A stretch of DNA of 58,934 bases, filler included, from Sphacelaria rigidula (lineage: Eukaryota), in the NCBI GenBank assembly GCA_964200075.2. It is 7 parts of 7 records of this genome, joined end to end, with 100 filler letters (N's around TTAATTAATTAA, not from the genome) between each part and the next. Parts side by side here need not be neighbours in the genome. Positions count along the whole stretch, not along the records: positions 33,736 to 42,068 come from CAXNAA020011488.1; positions 42,169 to 50,501 come from CAXNAA020011489.1; 5 more parts are not named here. One strand, given 5' to 3'. A program made the translations under genes and the position numbers. Below the pieces are notes generated by a model, which ran no database searches, had not been told where the DNA came from, and was given only the letters and a program-made list of their open reading frames with translations. Below, piece after piece: positions 35,339-48,625 of the stretch. Within the stretch, counting starts at the first letter, position 1. Each line of letters opens with the position of its first letter.

Positions 35339-38300
35339 AAAATGAAGCACAGGAGATGACCTTAAGCTTGGGGTATTATTCAGCATACGTGGGGGCAAAC
35401 GTCTGGAGTTATATACATGCACACGTGCTTCGTTGAGCATTTAGTACCTTCTGCTTCACACTTACGAACAATCGAAGCCCCGCTGCAATGTCGAACGAGC
35501 TGGTCTGGGAAAGGGGCACATCTGTGTGATGCTCGCCGCCCACACGCTTTTGTTGCGGGCGATTGTTCTGTACACGAAACGTAGAGCAGCGCCTTTTGGA
35601 GAGGACTTGGCAATCGCGTTCCATATCATTGGCCGTGGTCTATAAAGTGTACTAGTAAATCCGGAAGGGGTGTGTATGTCGTTGATACTGTAGGGTTGGT
35701 TGGGGTTCTGCTGTACGCACTTGCGAAGTTGACCGTACTTTGGTTGAACAGCCGCTTTCATTTTGGTCGTATCTTGATGCGTTGCAGCTTTTTCTTGTTC
35801 CTGCGGAGGGGCAACTGTGCGAATATCTCGGTGAAGGCAACACACCACCGTCTTTTGTTTTATTCCCGATAGGTGGGGTACTCTAAACCCAGCTATTCAA
35901 AGCTGTTGCCTGAAGCTTGCACGTTTGACGTGCAGTAAGTCACTCTTGCACATGCTGCAGCAATGGACTATAGCGTGTCTTTTAGTTCACCGCAGGATGC
36001 TTGGTAGATTAAAATAAAGTCGCAAACGTTGATCGCATTCATTTGCACACATGGACTCGCTGGAGAAAATCCGCTTAAAACTCGAGGGTCCAGGTCTGGA
36101 GCTTTCCCGAAAAACCATCAGAATGCGTGGCACGCATCTCAAATCATGCCCTACCTCCGGTGATGTAGATTCGTTATTGTCGGCCATTCAGAGATCTGAC
36201 ATTGTTAGACACCCGAGCACATATCTCCTATGTTGTTTTGTCATGTTCTCTACTCACTAATGCGAAAGGTGTGTACTCCTTGTGTTGGATTGGTCCTTGG
36301 TTCCTGGGGTACTCTATGCCTGCAGATTGGGGGCAGGCGATGTCTTCCTTGGCCGCGATTGATCTTTTCGAGTCGCTCCACCGGTCACCACTATGTAGTC
36401 TGATTTAGGTCTTGAACCGTACTGCTCGTTACCAAGTTTGAACAATGCCTTCGAGGATTGCAATATATATGGAGTTCTGTGAATAGCCGCTTTACATGGA
36501 GAGCCAGAACTCATCATGCATTGTGCGGAAATACTCGACGAAGTGCAAATCATTCAATTCAGACAAGAAATCAGCTGTCTGCATTATGCACACATACATA
36601 CATGATGTATATCCAGGCATGTCCTACATCACGGAGTTTACAGAAAAAATGACCAAGAAGTTGGAGTAGAGGATTCGATAGGAAGAAATCAGCGAACAAT
36701 AATCCGACCTGGACACGTGAAGGGCACTTCCGCGGTAACCCAGGGCAGATCTCGCTTGCCCAAGCGTAACTCTAATCGAGAAAATAAAACGTGTTCCGAC
36801 TGGAAATTTGGCGGAAACGCTGAATCCGAAGCGCCTTTTGCGACGATGTTAGCCTTCCTTTCGTTGAAAATGCATGTCCATTTTACAGGCGAATGTGCCA
36901 ATGCGAGGTATTCAAGAAATGTTAATAGCGGAGAAGCAAACTTCGACGAGGAGAATCTTCGACGCGGTGCGGGAGTGCTGGCTCAATTCACAATAATAGT
37001 GGACGAAATGCAAGGGAAACACTGAGGGAACAACGAGTGTCGCCTCCCCCAAACTGAAAATGGTCATGCAGCACCAGATAGCAAAATAAAAACTGCGGCC
37101 GCCGGAAGGCACGGGGATGTCCGAGAACCGTCTCTCAACGAGTAGAGCAAGTCATCCCAAGGTGTCAACCTCCGCCTAGCTCTCTTCTAGGGCGTAAAAC
37201 GAAGAACGACCAAAATCATTTACTTTTACAATACCTCATTTTTGTTTACTACAAAGAGCGGCCTCAACACACACGCACAGCAATCAATCAACGCCGCTGG
37301 TGGTCGCTGGTGATTCCGTTTGGTTGCTGCTCCGTAGTAATCGTACGAAAGATATTATTCTACGCGCTCACTGTGCAGCCTGGGAACACTTTTATAACAC
37401 ATGATAAATCGGCATTGCCTTCAGAACTGCTATCCTGCGCATGAGAGACCACGTTGACCACGGGTCTGAGTATAATCGAGTTTGGCCTAAGGATAGGCCA
37501 AGTGGCCGGACGAATGACCAATGACGAATTACTGACGACCCTTATATATAACTCGTGTACAAAGACGGTTTAAAAGACATGCTAAGTTCCTGAGCATCGC
37601 AGCGCTTTCGGAGTATAGGACTGAAGGTAGGAAGCAGAAAGATTTTTAAAGTCCTGAGGTGGCTGGGGGGGGGGCAACTGCAACCAGTCGTTGACAATAC
37701 AACGAGAGGCGCACCGGTGTACACGCCAGTCTGTTTCGCTTGTTTCCCCAAGTACACTCACTGTGAAGCCAGTATTGGTACAGTGCACAGAACACAAAGC
37801 CTCAAAGTCCCTGCTCATGTGTTCCCTCCATCATCAAAACCCAACTGCGATGAGTACATACCCCTTGCGCATGTCTGTATGATCGTCCCGCGCATGGCTA
37901 TACTGTGAATTTCCAGGTAGATGTTGGCGGTCACAGACGTTAGACGGCACCGCTGACCGCGTGTTGAAATACTGATATTTGTGTTGATGAGAACTCCTTG
38001 TATCGTTCCGTTCTCTAATTGGATACGTCTCTTTAAAGTACGCACAGCATCTAACACTGTCAACTTCGGGCAGATATTGAGACATTCCCAGAGTAGCCAA
38101 ACGTCGCCCGCGAAGGGATTAGGACTGAGATACTTCCAGGAACGCTTCAGTATTGCGGATTGCGGATGATGCGGTTCGGAAATGTTTGGAAATGCGGCAT
38201 AATCCGAAAAGCGGAGGAACCTACGATACGGGCAATTATTTCACCGGATGCCCTCCGGAGCGACATGCGACATATCCATCGTGGGTCGACATATATAAAC

Positions 38301-39800
38301 CTAAACTGGTTTGCCACCAGTCGCAACTCCACATCACACAAGCCATGAGTTGGAGACCAGGGACTACACGGTCATGTGGGGTAGTCTTGGCAAATGAAAT
38401 GAGTTGCTCTGGTGTCTGCTGCGTAACACATGGGGATACTACGGACTATCGGTGTTGTTCCTTTTCGATAATATGGGGGTGGTATTTCAAAATGTATTTT
38501 GGTAGGTTGGGCGTCAAAGACAAGGCGCACCTCGTGTGTGATGATGGTGAAACTTTGAGTCTATGTGGATGATACCACATGTGGGTGCCGAAGCGACGGA
38601 TATGGTGTTGCCAAGCGCTCAGGGTGCTGTGAGGGTTGAAGCGGTGGTTATCAACATGGTCAGCTGTTTTTTCATCCAGACTTTTTTTTCCAATGATGAT
38701 TTTGAAGGGGACGATATCAAACCGGCGAGGAGGCAGCAGCAACGGATCCTGCCAGCTGTGCCACGATACTTAACCCGCTCACAGTTGAACGCCCGAAGCA
38801 ATATACCTAGCAATCATCGTTCGGGCTCCGCTATATATCTGAGGGTACTGGGCTCAACGTTCCAGCTCCGCCAACTCGCGCAACAGCTCGACTTCGGGCT
38901 CCTCTGGCTCGAAGTGTGAGTACCGCCGAGGACCTGAAATGCTCCGTGGCGAGGGGCAACGTTCCGTTGCAGGCGGTAGCAGAACTTCCGCGGGAGATGT
39001 CATGACCGTCTGGAAGCCACGGAAATGGTCGCGATGGTATTATTCTCCTGGTATTTAAGTTAGAATAAGGTGGATGAAAGTTTGCTCGTGCATATTTCGG
39101 TCCAGTAACTTCCACTTCGCCGAGCACTTGAGGAGTACTTTACCATCTAACATACCGTAGTGATATGCTACGAGTATGCAAGTCTAGTTGCATGCCGGAC
39201 ACGGCAGTACAGTACAGTACTCGTTTGCACAGAGTGGCGTTCGCAGCTTTGAGAACACCGTGCCAATTTAGGCACAAAGTCTGCCGGTGGGACATGTTTC
39301 TAGTGGCAACCGCTGACGATCTATAGTCACCTTCCTCTTGCGCGGTGCTGGTTCCTTCACCGGTGATCAATGCCTGCTGTGCCAGCTGTCCGTCCTGATT
39401 GTGATGATCCCTCTCCGCACGATGATTTCTTAGTCTAGGCTTAATATTATTGAAACTGTGGAGCATGACTGCGTCAACTATAATAGAGCACTGCGGTTGG
39501 TGTTAAATGAAAGAAGCTGATAAAAAACAAGCCTGCATTTAATGAAAACGAAGCAGCACTGGTATTGTATGCTGCAGTATAATACTACACCGGCACTGAA
39601 CGGGCTGCAGACGACTTTTTCCGGAAGGCGGCCTGGCGTCGAAAATGGTTGTCCGAGTACGCAAATGTTTGGATACTTACAAACCTCTTGCCACAGGTTT
39701 TGAACAAGCTCAGTCTCATCTTAGATGCGTCACGTAATAGGATGGAGAACCAATTCATGACATGATCTAGGGGAATTTGTGGCGGTCCCACCTTACTGTG

Positions 39801-40435
39801 CAGTACGAGCTGGGCCAGCCAAGAGTTCCTGTTCGAGGTTGAACAGCTCCGCCCTGCTAAATTTAAGGAGCTGGAAGCTTAAACTTTGAGTTGTTATTGA
39901 CACGGCGAGTCCATCTCTTCAACACTTGAAGTAGTCGAAGCAGCCAAGGAAAAAAAATCGACCAAAATTTAGACCGATTTCAAATATCTGGAAAAAGACA
40001 ACATAACTTGATGAAAAAACCAGAAAGTCTGGCTGCTTTCATGGAAACATTTTTACGTGAGTGTAGAAGGTCCTTCTTAAATTTCGGCTCGAAGGTCCTA
40101 AAATTGGGCCGGGTATTCATTCCACTTCTTGCGTGGTACCGTTTCACGCGGTTGTCCAACTGGTGGTGCGGGAGACTTCCACAAGGGCTGAAGATCAAGA
40201 GGTTGTCCCGACATATATTTCGTCTTTTGGGATAATCTGGTTCCGTCGTCGAGTTCATATCTTCTCCAGTATATGTTTATTTTTCAAGTTTTGTTCAGAG
40301 GCAGAGCGTGTGATCACCAGCAGGTTGACCTGCAGCTCACAGCGATATGCTCGCATCGGGACGATTCGAGAAACTGAAAAAAAAATATCGTCCGCCGAAG
40401 GAATGCGGGTTTGTTGGCTGGCCCAGCCCGTACTG
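39801..40435. mobile_element. 635-bp non-autonomous DNA transposon with 22-bp CAGT-starting TIRs (Tc1/mariner-like)
   Basis: CAGTACGAGCTGGGCCAGCCAA pairs with TTGGCTGGCCCAGCCCGTACTG (1 mismatch). The TIR core also occurs near 50638 and partially near 23147. The flanks are TG/TC rather than a perfect TA. Confidence 0.6.
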
Positions 40436-40843
40436 TCGGCATGCGCTGTGAGTCAGTAGAGCAGGGGCTTCGCTGTAAGGGCTTGTGTTTGTTTCTTGGC
40501 TTTTGGCCATGGGGTTGACCAATCCTCGTTCAAGGAATGTGGGCATGTTCGTAGAACATACTGCAGTCATGAAGATGCGATACGCCCTTGTCATTGCTAA
40601 GGGGCATGATGGGAAGATGAGGTAGTGGACTGTGGGTTGCTGATGTACCTCCAGTTACTTGCTTGTCGCTTGACGGCAAGATCAACGCGATGAGATCGCT
40701 GGTTTGCCACGATAGCCAGCGTTCTCTGCTCTGTGTTGGTGCTTCGCCGAACTTGTGCTAACTTTTTTTCACGATCATATAGGCTAGCTACAATATGATG
40801 GTGGACACGATAGGCATGCAGTTTTTAGACGAGAGTGATGCCG

Positions 40844-41073
40844 CGATAGCCGCCGGCCAAACCAGCCCCAAAACTGTCTCGAAGAAAATGACCATACGCC
40901 GCATGATGGCTGGTTCAGACTGCATGAGGCGCCTCATGTGGATGGCGTTGGCAAAAGCTATCCCGAGCGCCGGAATTCCCAGCTGCTCGGGGTGCTCGGC
41001 TCAAGTCATGCTGATTCAGTTCATGTAGATTTTGCTTCCGCAAACCAGTCACTTTCGGAGGGGGGGGCTATCG
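40844..41073. mobile_element. Diverged copy of the GACACTTTCTACGATAGCC-family MITE
   Basis: CGATAGCC..GGTTCAGACTGCATGAGGCGCCTCAT..GGAATTCCCAGCTGCTCG..GGGGGGCTATCG. Confidence 0.75.
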
Positions 41074-41664
41074 CTGTATCAGTTCCTTGAACGCCGAAAG
41101 GTATGGTAGTTGTCACACGTGCAAACCATTCGAGGTCACCTTTAGTGTCTGTGGCTCGCTGTTGTCTTTTACGGGCGGCCAAGACACGCCGTGGGATACG
41201 CTCCCACAAAATTATCGTGATGAGATGTCGCGCGTGTCAGCACACGATAAGGAGGTTGGTTCTTCACGGAAGGTGTACCCTCGTGCCCTCGTGCCAACAG
41301 AACCGGGCCTTTTTGTCAAAGAAAGAACCAGTGCCCCCCCCCCCCCCACCCACTTAGCACGAATAGAGACTTGAGAAAATTGAGATGGCAACAAAACACA
41401 AGGAACATGACAAAAAAGAGATTGCTGGCCACAGCTGATAGGGTTGTATGGAAGAAAGTAACGAAAGGGCAGATGGGATAATGTAGTCGAGAACTTATGG
41501 AAGAATATAGCGGAAAACCAAGGCTAGGTAATGTTCATAAGTGAATGTGGGAGATATTGTAGGTTTCAGCTGAAATGAGGGGTTTTTGTAAGCTTTTCGT
41601 ATATTAGTGGTATGCTCCTTGCACTCTGTGACCACGGGTTCGAGAGATCGAGCTAATGTGACGG

Positions 41665-41666
<2 letters not shown>

Positions 41667-41724
<58 letters not shown>

Positions 41725-41736
41725 TAATAATAATAA
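41667..41736 (+). repeat. (AAT)n microsatellite
   Basis: About 23 units with one ATG interruption. Confidence 0.97.
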
Positions 41737-42068
41737 GGTGATAATCCATAGTTTTTATTATGGCGCCGCTTATCCTGCTCAATGTTTGGTCCTGAAGTGC
41801 GGGGATCGAGAGATATTAATCACCCGCTTCACATTCCAGAGCAAAAAACATCTTCGCGCTCAATATAACGACTCATGGGCTGGATTGAGAGGGAGTACTG
41901 TTGCCCCCTTTTGGTCCAAAGAACATTTCTTTTCGGCTCTAGCGCAATGAATGGGTAATCATACAAATAAATATTTGTAAATTAATTCTCGAAAGCGATC
42001 GGGATTGGTTCACCCCCCCCCTGGTCCGGCGAGAACCCGGCGTGCTCCGTCCCGGCTTTGTAGGGGCG

Positions 42069-42168
42069 NNNNNNNNNNNNNNNNNNNNNNNNNNNNNNNN
42101 NNNNNNNNNNNNTTAATTAATTAANNNNNNNNNNNNNNNNNNNNNNNNNNNNNNNNNNNNNNNNNNNN
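42069..42168. other. Artificial scaffold linker
   Basis: N44-TTAATTAATTAA-N44. Confidence 0.98.
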
Positions 42169-42289
42169 GGGGGGGGGGGGGCAAGGGGGGGGGGGGCGGA
42201 GAGTGGTGGTATCCCGGGGGGGTGGGCGCCCCCACCAATGTTGCTCCCCCCCCCCCCCCCCCGCCGTCGAGCGACGCCGCTGTGGAAAA

Positions 42290-44170
42290 TTGCTGACGAG
42301 TCACCGTCCACGCGACGCTGTTGGTGATGTCTATTTTGTCGTGTGGTTGGCCGTCCGTGGAGGGTCGTTGGTTGGGTGCTAGTGCCATGTACCTTCTCTC
42401 CCCCTCACTCAAATCCTCAACACTTGCAAAAGGAGTACCAGAATATATGCGGAAATTTTGGTCGACATTCACAGGCTGTGGGCTAGAAGCAGAATTCGGG
42501 AGAATCTTACCGACACCGGAGCCAGGGGGAACTCACTGACAATCGCTTGTTGTGTAATGGGAACAGTATCAGAGGGAATTTTACTGAAACCAACTCGCTG
42601 TGGAAAAGAAGCGAAATCTGTGGGAATCTTAGCGAAATTTAGTCGCTGTTGAGCAGAAGCAAAATCTGGGGGGAACTTACGGACGCTAGCTCGTTGGGGA
42701 GCAGAATCAAAATCCGGGGGAATCTCACTGACACCAACTCGCTGTTGACCAGAAGCAAAATCCGGGGGAATCTTACCAACACCAGCTTGTTGTGGGATGG
42801 ATGTAGTGTCACTCTCAGTGGCTACAACGGGAGTGACTACTAGAAGCTGTCCGTAGGTTGATGGCAGGCGTGTGGTAAATTGTGAGGATGAACGGCCGTT
42901 GTAGTCGAAACGTCGTTTGCCGTCGAATAGATGCACACCTGCTCTATCGCAGATGACTTGTTGGCTCTTTTGAGCCCTGGGGATAGAGAATAGGTCGAGC
43001 TAAATTCCCTCCAAAACATACACATCCGTCAGCGGTACACACACTGTATCAATATGGGGAGAGTTGTTCGCACGTGCTTGATAAAAACTCAATTTGAGAC
43101 TCCCTACAGCCTTAACCGGTGGCACTTTACCATCCCCTAGTTCTCTTCTCCCACTGGTGGAGGACAAGTATCGAAAATGTCGGCCATGTTGCCTGTAATA
43201 TGGTGCGATGTACCTGCGTCTGCAATTCATATTTCTGAATCAGGAAGGGGCGGAGATTTCATCTCATGCAACATCCTACCCTTCACATCGACATTACCCA
43301 AACTCGAAACTGATTTTTCTGGTGCAGCAGAAAGCGCCATGTGCACATAACCACCAGGGTTATCAACACGTGGCAGCTCGGCAGTTGACGTTTGGTGGGG
43401 GTTCACCGGATGGGAATATTGGTCGGATGACTCGTAATAGAATGAGGAGTATCATGGTGGTTGTGCAGCGGAGGAAGGGTCATGGTGAGCTTGGTCTGGC
43501 GGTGGAGGTTGTGATGGGTAGCAGGAGAGATATTCGATGATGGTGGTAGGTTCCGGCTGCAATTGATGTTGAGAGGTATGGTACTGTACTGTGTGAGCGA
43601 ACCCGGCGTCGTTTAAGGCATCGTCTTCATAGACAAAGGTATCAATGCTCTCATGGTGCTGGTGGGCGGAATCAGTCTGCTGAACGGTGCTGGCTTGTGG
43701 TGGATGTTTGTGGATTTGGTGTTGTGGATGCGGGCAATGGGATTGTGATGATGTATGGTTGGTTGTGTGGTTCGATTGTTGTTGTTGGAGTGTTGGGTCC
43801 TGATTACCTGAGGAACGGTGGTGATCTGGACCTGTGTATGTTGGTTGGTGAGTGTGGTGCTGCTGGGTGTGGTGATGCTGGGCGTGGTGCTGGCGAGGAG
43901 GGCAGTTAGGACAGTTGAATGGACAGCGAATTTGGTAGGTTCGTTGATTGGGTTGGCGTACCACTCCACTGCCAGGTCCCGACCGGTTTCACGGACTGTG
44001 TGGTCGCCATGGCTGTTGTCTCGGGGAATACCACCCCCCTCGACCATCATGACCACCGCTGAAGTGTTGCTGTGGGACATGATCAGAATGGAAACTGGAT
44101 TGTTTTGGGAAATTGGTGCGGTTTGGAGGGATGTTGTGGTAGTTGTATTGTTTTTTGGGAATTGTGGGAT
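42290..44170 (-). mobile_element. Decayed Ty1/copia gag-protease region joined to an integrase tail
   Basis: Q/H/P-rich gag-like stretch; protease-like LGDGKVPPVKAVGSLKLSFY..VPLTDVYVLEGI; 16-aa repeats; then YMALAPNQ..ITNSVAW (integrase C-terminal-like). The integrase core appears to be deleted. Confidence 0.6.
42480..42795 (-). repeat. 48-bp (16-aa) coding tandem repeat, ~5-6 copies
   Basis: QQAGVGKIPPDFASG / QQRVGVSEIPPDFDSA / PQRASVRKFPPDFASA / QQRLNFAKIPTDFASF / PQRVGFSKIPSD. Confidence 0.85.
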
Positions 44171-44181
44171 CTATAGACCTC

Positions 44182-44430
44182 TGTCACTCAAGATTAGATT
44201 GCCATGTGGACTCCTCCCATCACGGGCACATGAACTTCAGCAGCTTTAGTTATTTATTTATTAACCCTCGGCATAGTACAGGAGAACAGAACCATATAGC
44301 CTCTCTCCACCAGAGTAACAAAACCGGCTGTACTCGTCATGGAGGTCACCATCACAGAGTCCGGCAATCAGACCCGCAACTGCGCCTACAAAGTCCCTGA
44401 CCTTAGGTAACAATGGTGGCTAGGTCCACA
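44182..44430 (-). repeat. 3' LTR
   Basis: TGTCACTCAAGAT...GGCTAGGTCCACA, an ungapped match to 48377-48625. Confidence 0.9.
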
Positions 44431-47159
44431 GCACCCCCAAAGCTCTCTACTACCAACAAGTAGTTACATCAGAGCTTGACAAACTCAGACATCATTGGTG
44501 CCTGATAGTACCGTCATTTTCCGCAAAGAATAGCAATCTCTTCAACTGCTTTCGACAACAGCTCCATACAAGTTTGCCCCATTTTCGAACAACTTGCAAG
44601 AGATTCCAAGAAAACATCGTCCATGATGAACATGCAATCACGCTACTTGCACCACTTCGAGTTACAAAGCGATAGCTAGCGCCCAATTCTCAAATCTTCG
44701 CCCGAAACAAGTCTCTTGAATCTTCATCGGCACGAAACCGAAAATGTCAGCGAACGTCAAATCCCAGAGCATTCGTGACTCATCGCCTCTCTCATCCAAG
44801 ACAAGGTTCTTCTCAACATACACGTACGTTCAACACCTGCGGAACGGAGTGCAATAGCCAAATGATACATCATCCTCACGCTAGAAGGAAATAATGACCC
44901 CAACACGTCTAAAACGCACCTGACCTCTTGCTTTTGCAACACCGTAAAAAACGTATGCATCGCATGCCTCCCCGTCGTCAAAGCTCCAATGCTTCAACTT
45001 GCCTTCATTTCATAAAGACAATCGAAGGAAAGCCATGGCTCAAACCGCTTTTCAAGTCATGCATACAAATCCAACGACGGCGAACGGACCTCGACCTCCG
45101 CCATCATTCATCACCCGTGGTACTATCGTTCTCAAACTCTTGTTTTCGAGCAAATCCCAGACATTTCTATATTTCGTTTGGATCTTGGACCGTCATATCC
45201 CATCCGTGCATCAGCCAAAATGTAGAAATAATGATTCCCTCGACACTCTTGCAGTCCACCTGCACCAGTTCTTCGAACAAATGGACGCATCATCCACATG
45301 CTCCTTCTGACATGAACGAAAAACCAACCACGTACTCGTTCAAACACGTGACAATCCATACAAAAACATGCCACGGTCAAAGATCATTGATGCATGCGCG
45401 CATAATGTCTTTATCTTCAACCACCGGAAGGACTCGCGTCATACCTGCTCACATACGACGAACCTACGCATTTCGTACCTTTCAGCTCATTTTCACGCTA
45501 ACAGCAGCAATCCATACATCGTGCACTCAGTACGTGCAAACCGCACAAATATGATTTGACTGTGTTCCTGCACGAACAAGATTATACGAGCTTCACTTTA
45601 TTTAGCATACAGCAGTATATTGAAAGCTGCCCCACCCTAGGTCGTCACCAGATACCATTCATATCAGTACCATCCGAGCAAACATTCGCACATGCCTGCC
45701 AGAATTCCACTCAGCATATGAAAATCCGCACAAGCATGCCAATACTTCACGCAGCATATGCAATGCCACCTTCCTCGCAGCGAACACCATGCATCATCCG
45801 TGCCAACCAGGTCAGCGCAACACACACATGCCAAATACCCACGTGTACGCCAGAGTTTTATCCTGCACACACGATACGATCATACTCGCTCAACAACCAT
45901 GTTTCATGCGCAAGCATGACCTCAAACCACACAATAACAAGCTGAAATCGCTCTCAAAACGATTCGCGAATACCAGTCATAATGTAGTTCTTCATTCTCA
46001 AGAAGCACTCAATCACCACAGCACTTGCTCCTCAACATCAGTACTCCACTCGGCGCTCACCACAACAGCAAACACCTCAGGTAATGCCTTCTTTGTAGTC
46101 CTCCAGCTCGCTCCTGAGAAACAGCAGCACTCGAACCACAACCCAGTGCACAGCGTAGAGCAGCCTTTCCTCTCGGACACTCCCTCCTTGCACATTCAGT
46201 CTAGCTACACCTGGCACCCCCATGGTGTAGCTCAACACGCCTCTAAAAGGTATATTCGCACCGCCAAACCAATGCGACAGATCATCTGTCTCCACAGATA
46301 CTTGGGCAGTACTGAACACCTGTGCTTCAGTCAGTTTTACGGAGGAAACCAGAGGCGAAATGGGAACAGCTACATAGCCCCGAACAGCAACACCTCCTGA
46401 TGGCACACTATCCTCCTCAAACACCCCGCGGCGAAACAGTGGAGACACCTCCGCCATCGCCGCCAAATACGCCAAAGCTGTCCATGTAAACAGCAATGCA
46501 CACGACCACCCCAACACCACGCGACGCCCGTCGTCGCCGCCAGAGTAGTGATCGCTAACAGCATCACGAGCCTGCAGCTCGCTCTGCGTACCCGCTTCAC
46601 GCGGGTCACACGCCCCTGTTGTTTCGATCATGCAAGGCGTGTCCACAGCTACGCGCTGCTCCGGCGGCAATTTCGCCAACATGGCACCCACCTGTCCTTC
46701 AAGAAGACACCCCTGCGGATCATCTGAACGATCTCCCGCCCTGTCACTGGCGCAGATAGATTCACCATGAGCACGGCAAGCTCCTTGCTCCCCCTCCTCG
46801 TTCTCAATACGCGAATAACACCCCCCCCCCTGCAGCATCGAGCATGCAAGGAGTATCTCCAGCTTCGCGCTCGTCCGGCGACAACAAAAAACTGGGACCT
46901 CCGCCCACCAGTACTTGCTCATTGGCCCATGTAGGCCCCGCCCTCTCACTACCGCCAACAGCAGTAGCAGTATCACCCATCCTCGCTACAGCCGCCACCT
47001 TTTTCTCAGCGCGCTCCTGAAGTGCAACAGCGGCAGCTGAACGGCCTGTAGTCTGCTCGAGCGGCGTGACATATTCGCTCTCTCCAGCAAAAATACCAGC
47101 AGCATCCAAGCCAATCATTACATCTTCGGCGGGCGCGTACTCATGCCTCCCCGCTTTGA

Positions 47160-47545
47160 TAGACACGTGCTGTGTCTCCTTCCCGCTCTGCACAGTGGAA
47201 ACAGCTGCCCTGTATCGTGGGTTAAGATGCGCCCTACCGACTGCACGTTCAGCGGTTGCACTATCGCACCTATCCCCTTGGGCAGACACATGCTTCTCGG
47301 CTTTCACAGTGTAAGCATCTGCCCTGTATCGTGGTTTCAAACGCGCAGCACCTACTGCACGTTCGGCGGGTGCACTGTGGTGCCTGTCCCCTCGAGCAGA
47401 CACATGTTTCTCGGTTGTCACAGAGCAAGCAGCTGCCCTGTATCGTTGTTCCAAACCCGCAGCACCTACTGAACGTTCGGCGGGCCCACTGTCGCGTCTG
47501 TCCCCTCGGGCAGACACATGTTTCTCGGATGTCACAGGGCAAGCA
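47160..47545 (-). repeat. 114-bp (38-aa) coding tandem repeat, ~3.5 copies, in the gag-like ORF
   Basis: CAGACACATG at 47283, 47397 and 47511; peptide EKHVSARGDR..S.PAERAVG.A.L..RYRA. Confidence 0.9.
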
Positions 47546-48376
47546 GCTCCACCGGACCGCGCATGCTTGCGCAACGCCAAAATCAACTGCTCGTCCTCAA
47601 CATCATATTCATTTTTCAAGAAAGTGTCAAACAGACATATCACAATATGTTTCGGCATGAGCTCAGAAACTACTGCCACCTCAAAGAGGTTTGTCCACCG
47701 CGCGTTCACCTGTTTTACACCTCGCAATTATTGCTCGTATTTGCGTAAAAACTCGGCCGACTTCTCGCTCGAAAACTTGCGGCCGTAGTACGGCATCTCC
47801 AGCGCCGGTACAGGAACAACTTGACCATCGACGATGGCATATTCCTGCGCCTCGTACATTTCAGCCAGCAGTACAGTACTCCACACGCCTTTTTGGAAAA
47901 CGAACTCGCCTCCCACTCACAGGAATAACAACTCTCTCCTTACAACGAGACGCGCTCTACCACCGTACAAAGACAATGGCCACAACGCCTCTTCCCCAGG
48001 CAGGTCTCACCACGTGTTTGAAGTCCTTAGACTCCTCTTCCTGGCCGTACCTGGCCAAGCGTGGAACAAGCAACTCTCGCTGGCTCCACTAGGCAGTACG
48101 GTAATTGCCCCGCTTTTTTTGGAACGCGCACGGGCTCGCCAGCTATCGGTCAACCCCCCGCACCTCTCGCACAAGCGATACCACAGCCCACCCTAGCACT
48201 GCCTCAGAACCTCCTCAGCTCTACTTCTCCAACTTCTAACGACGTCAACACGCCCTGAGCTGGTCTCGTTTGCTGCAAACTGATCAGGCCTACAGACTTC
48301 CCTATCTTGAAATGTCAGCTGCTTTTCAGCGAAACTACCGCCTCAGCGAATGTAATGAACGTTCATAATGCACCTC

Positions 48377-48625
48377 TGTCACTCAAGATCGGATTGCCAT
48401 GTGGACTCCTCCCATCACGGGCACATGGACTTCAGCAGCTTTATTTTTTTATGTATTAACCCTAAGCATAGTACAGGAGAACAGGACCATGTAGCCTCTC
48501 TCCACCAAAGTGACAAAACCAAGCCTACTCGCCATGGAGGTCACCATCACAGAGTCCGGCAATCAGACTCGCAACTCCACCTACAATGTCCCTGACCTTA
48601 AGTAACAATGATGGCTAGGTGTACA
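48377..48625 (-). repeat. 5' LTR
   Basis: TGTCACTCAAGAT...GGCTAGGTGTACA. Confidence 0.9.

Larger units (their letters stand above)
44182..48625 (-). mobile_element. LTR retrotransposon (probably Ty3/gypsy), internally deleted and decayed, with two 249-bp LTRs
   Basis: Direct repeats 44182-44430 and 48377-48625 both run TG...CA and differ at about 26 positions by manual count. A minus-strand G-rich tract (GAGAGCTTTGGGGGTGC) abuts the 3' LTR. A gag-like frame spans 47916-46804, with faint RT- and chromo-like remnants downstream. Confidence 0.85.

Noticed and set aside
38147-38742. ROCO/COR-domain idea from YVDPRW
   Set aside because: A single short motif with no ROC GTPase P-loop or LRR exons nearby.
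41495-41782. Poly-Ile ORF
   Set aside because: Translation of the (AAT)n microsatellite.
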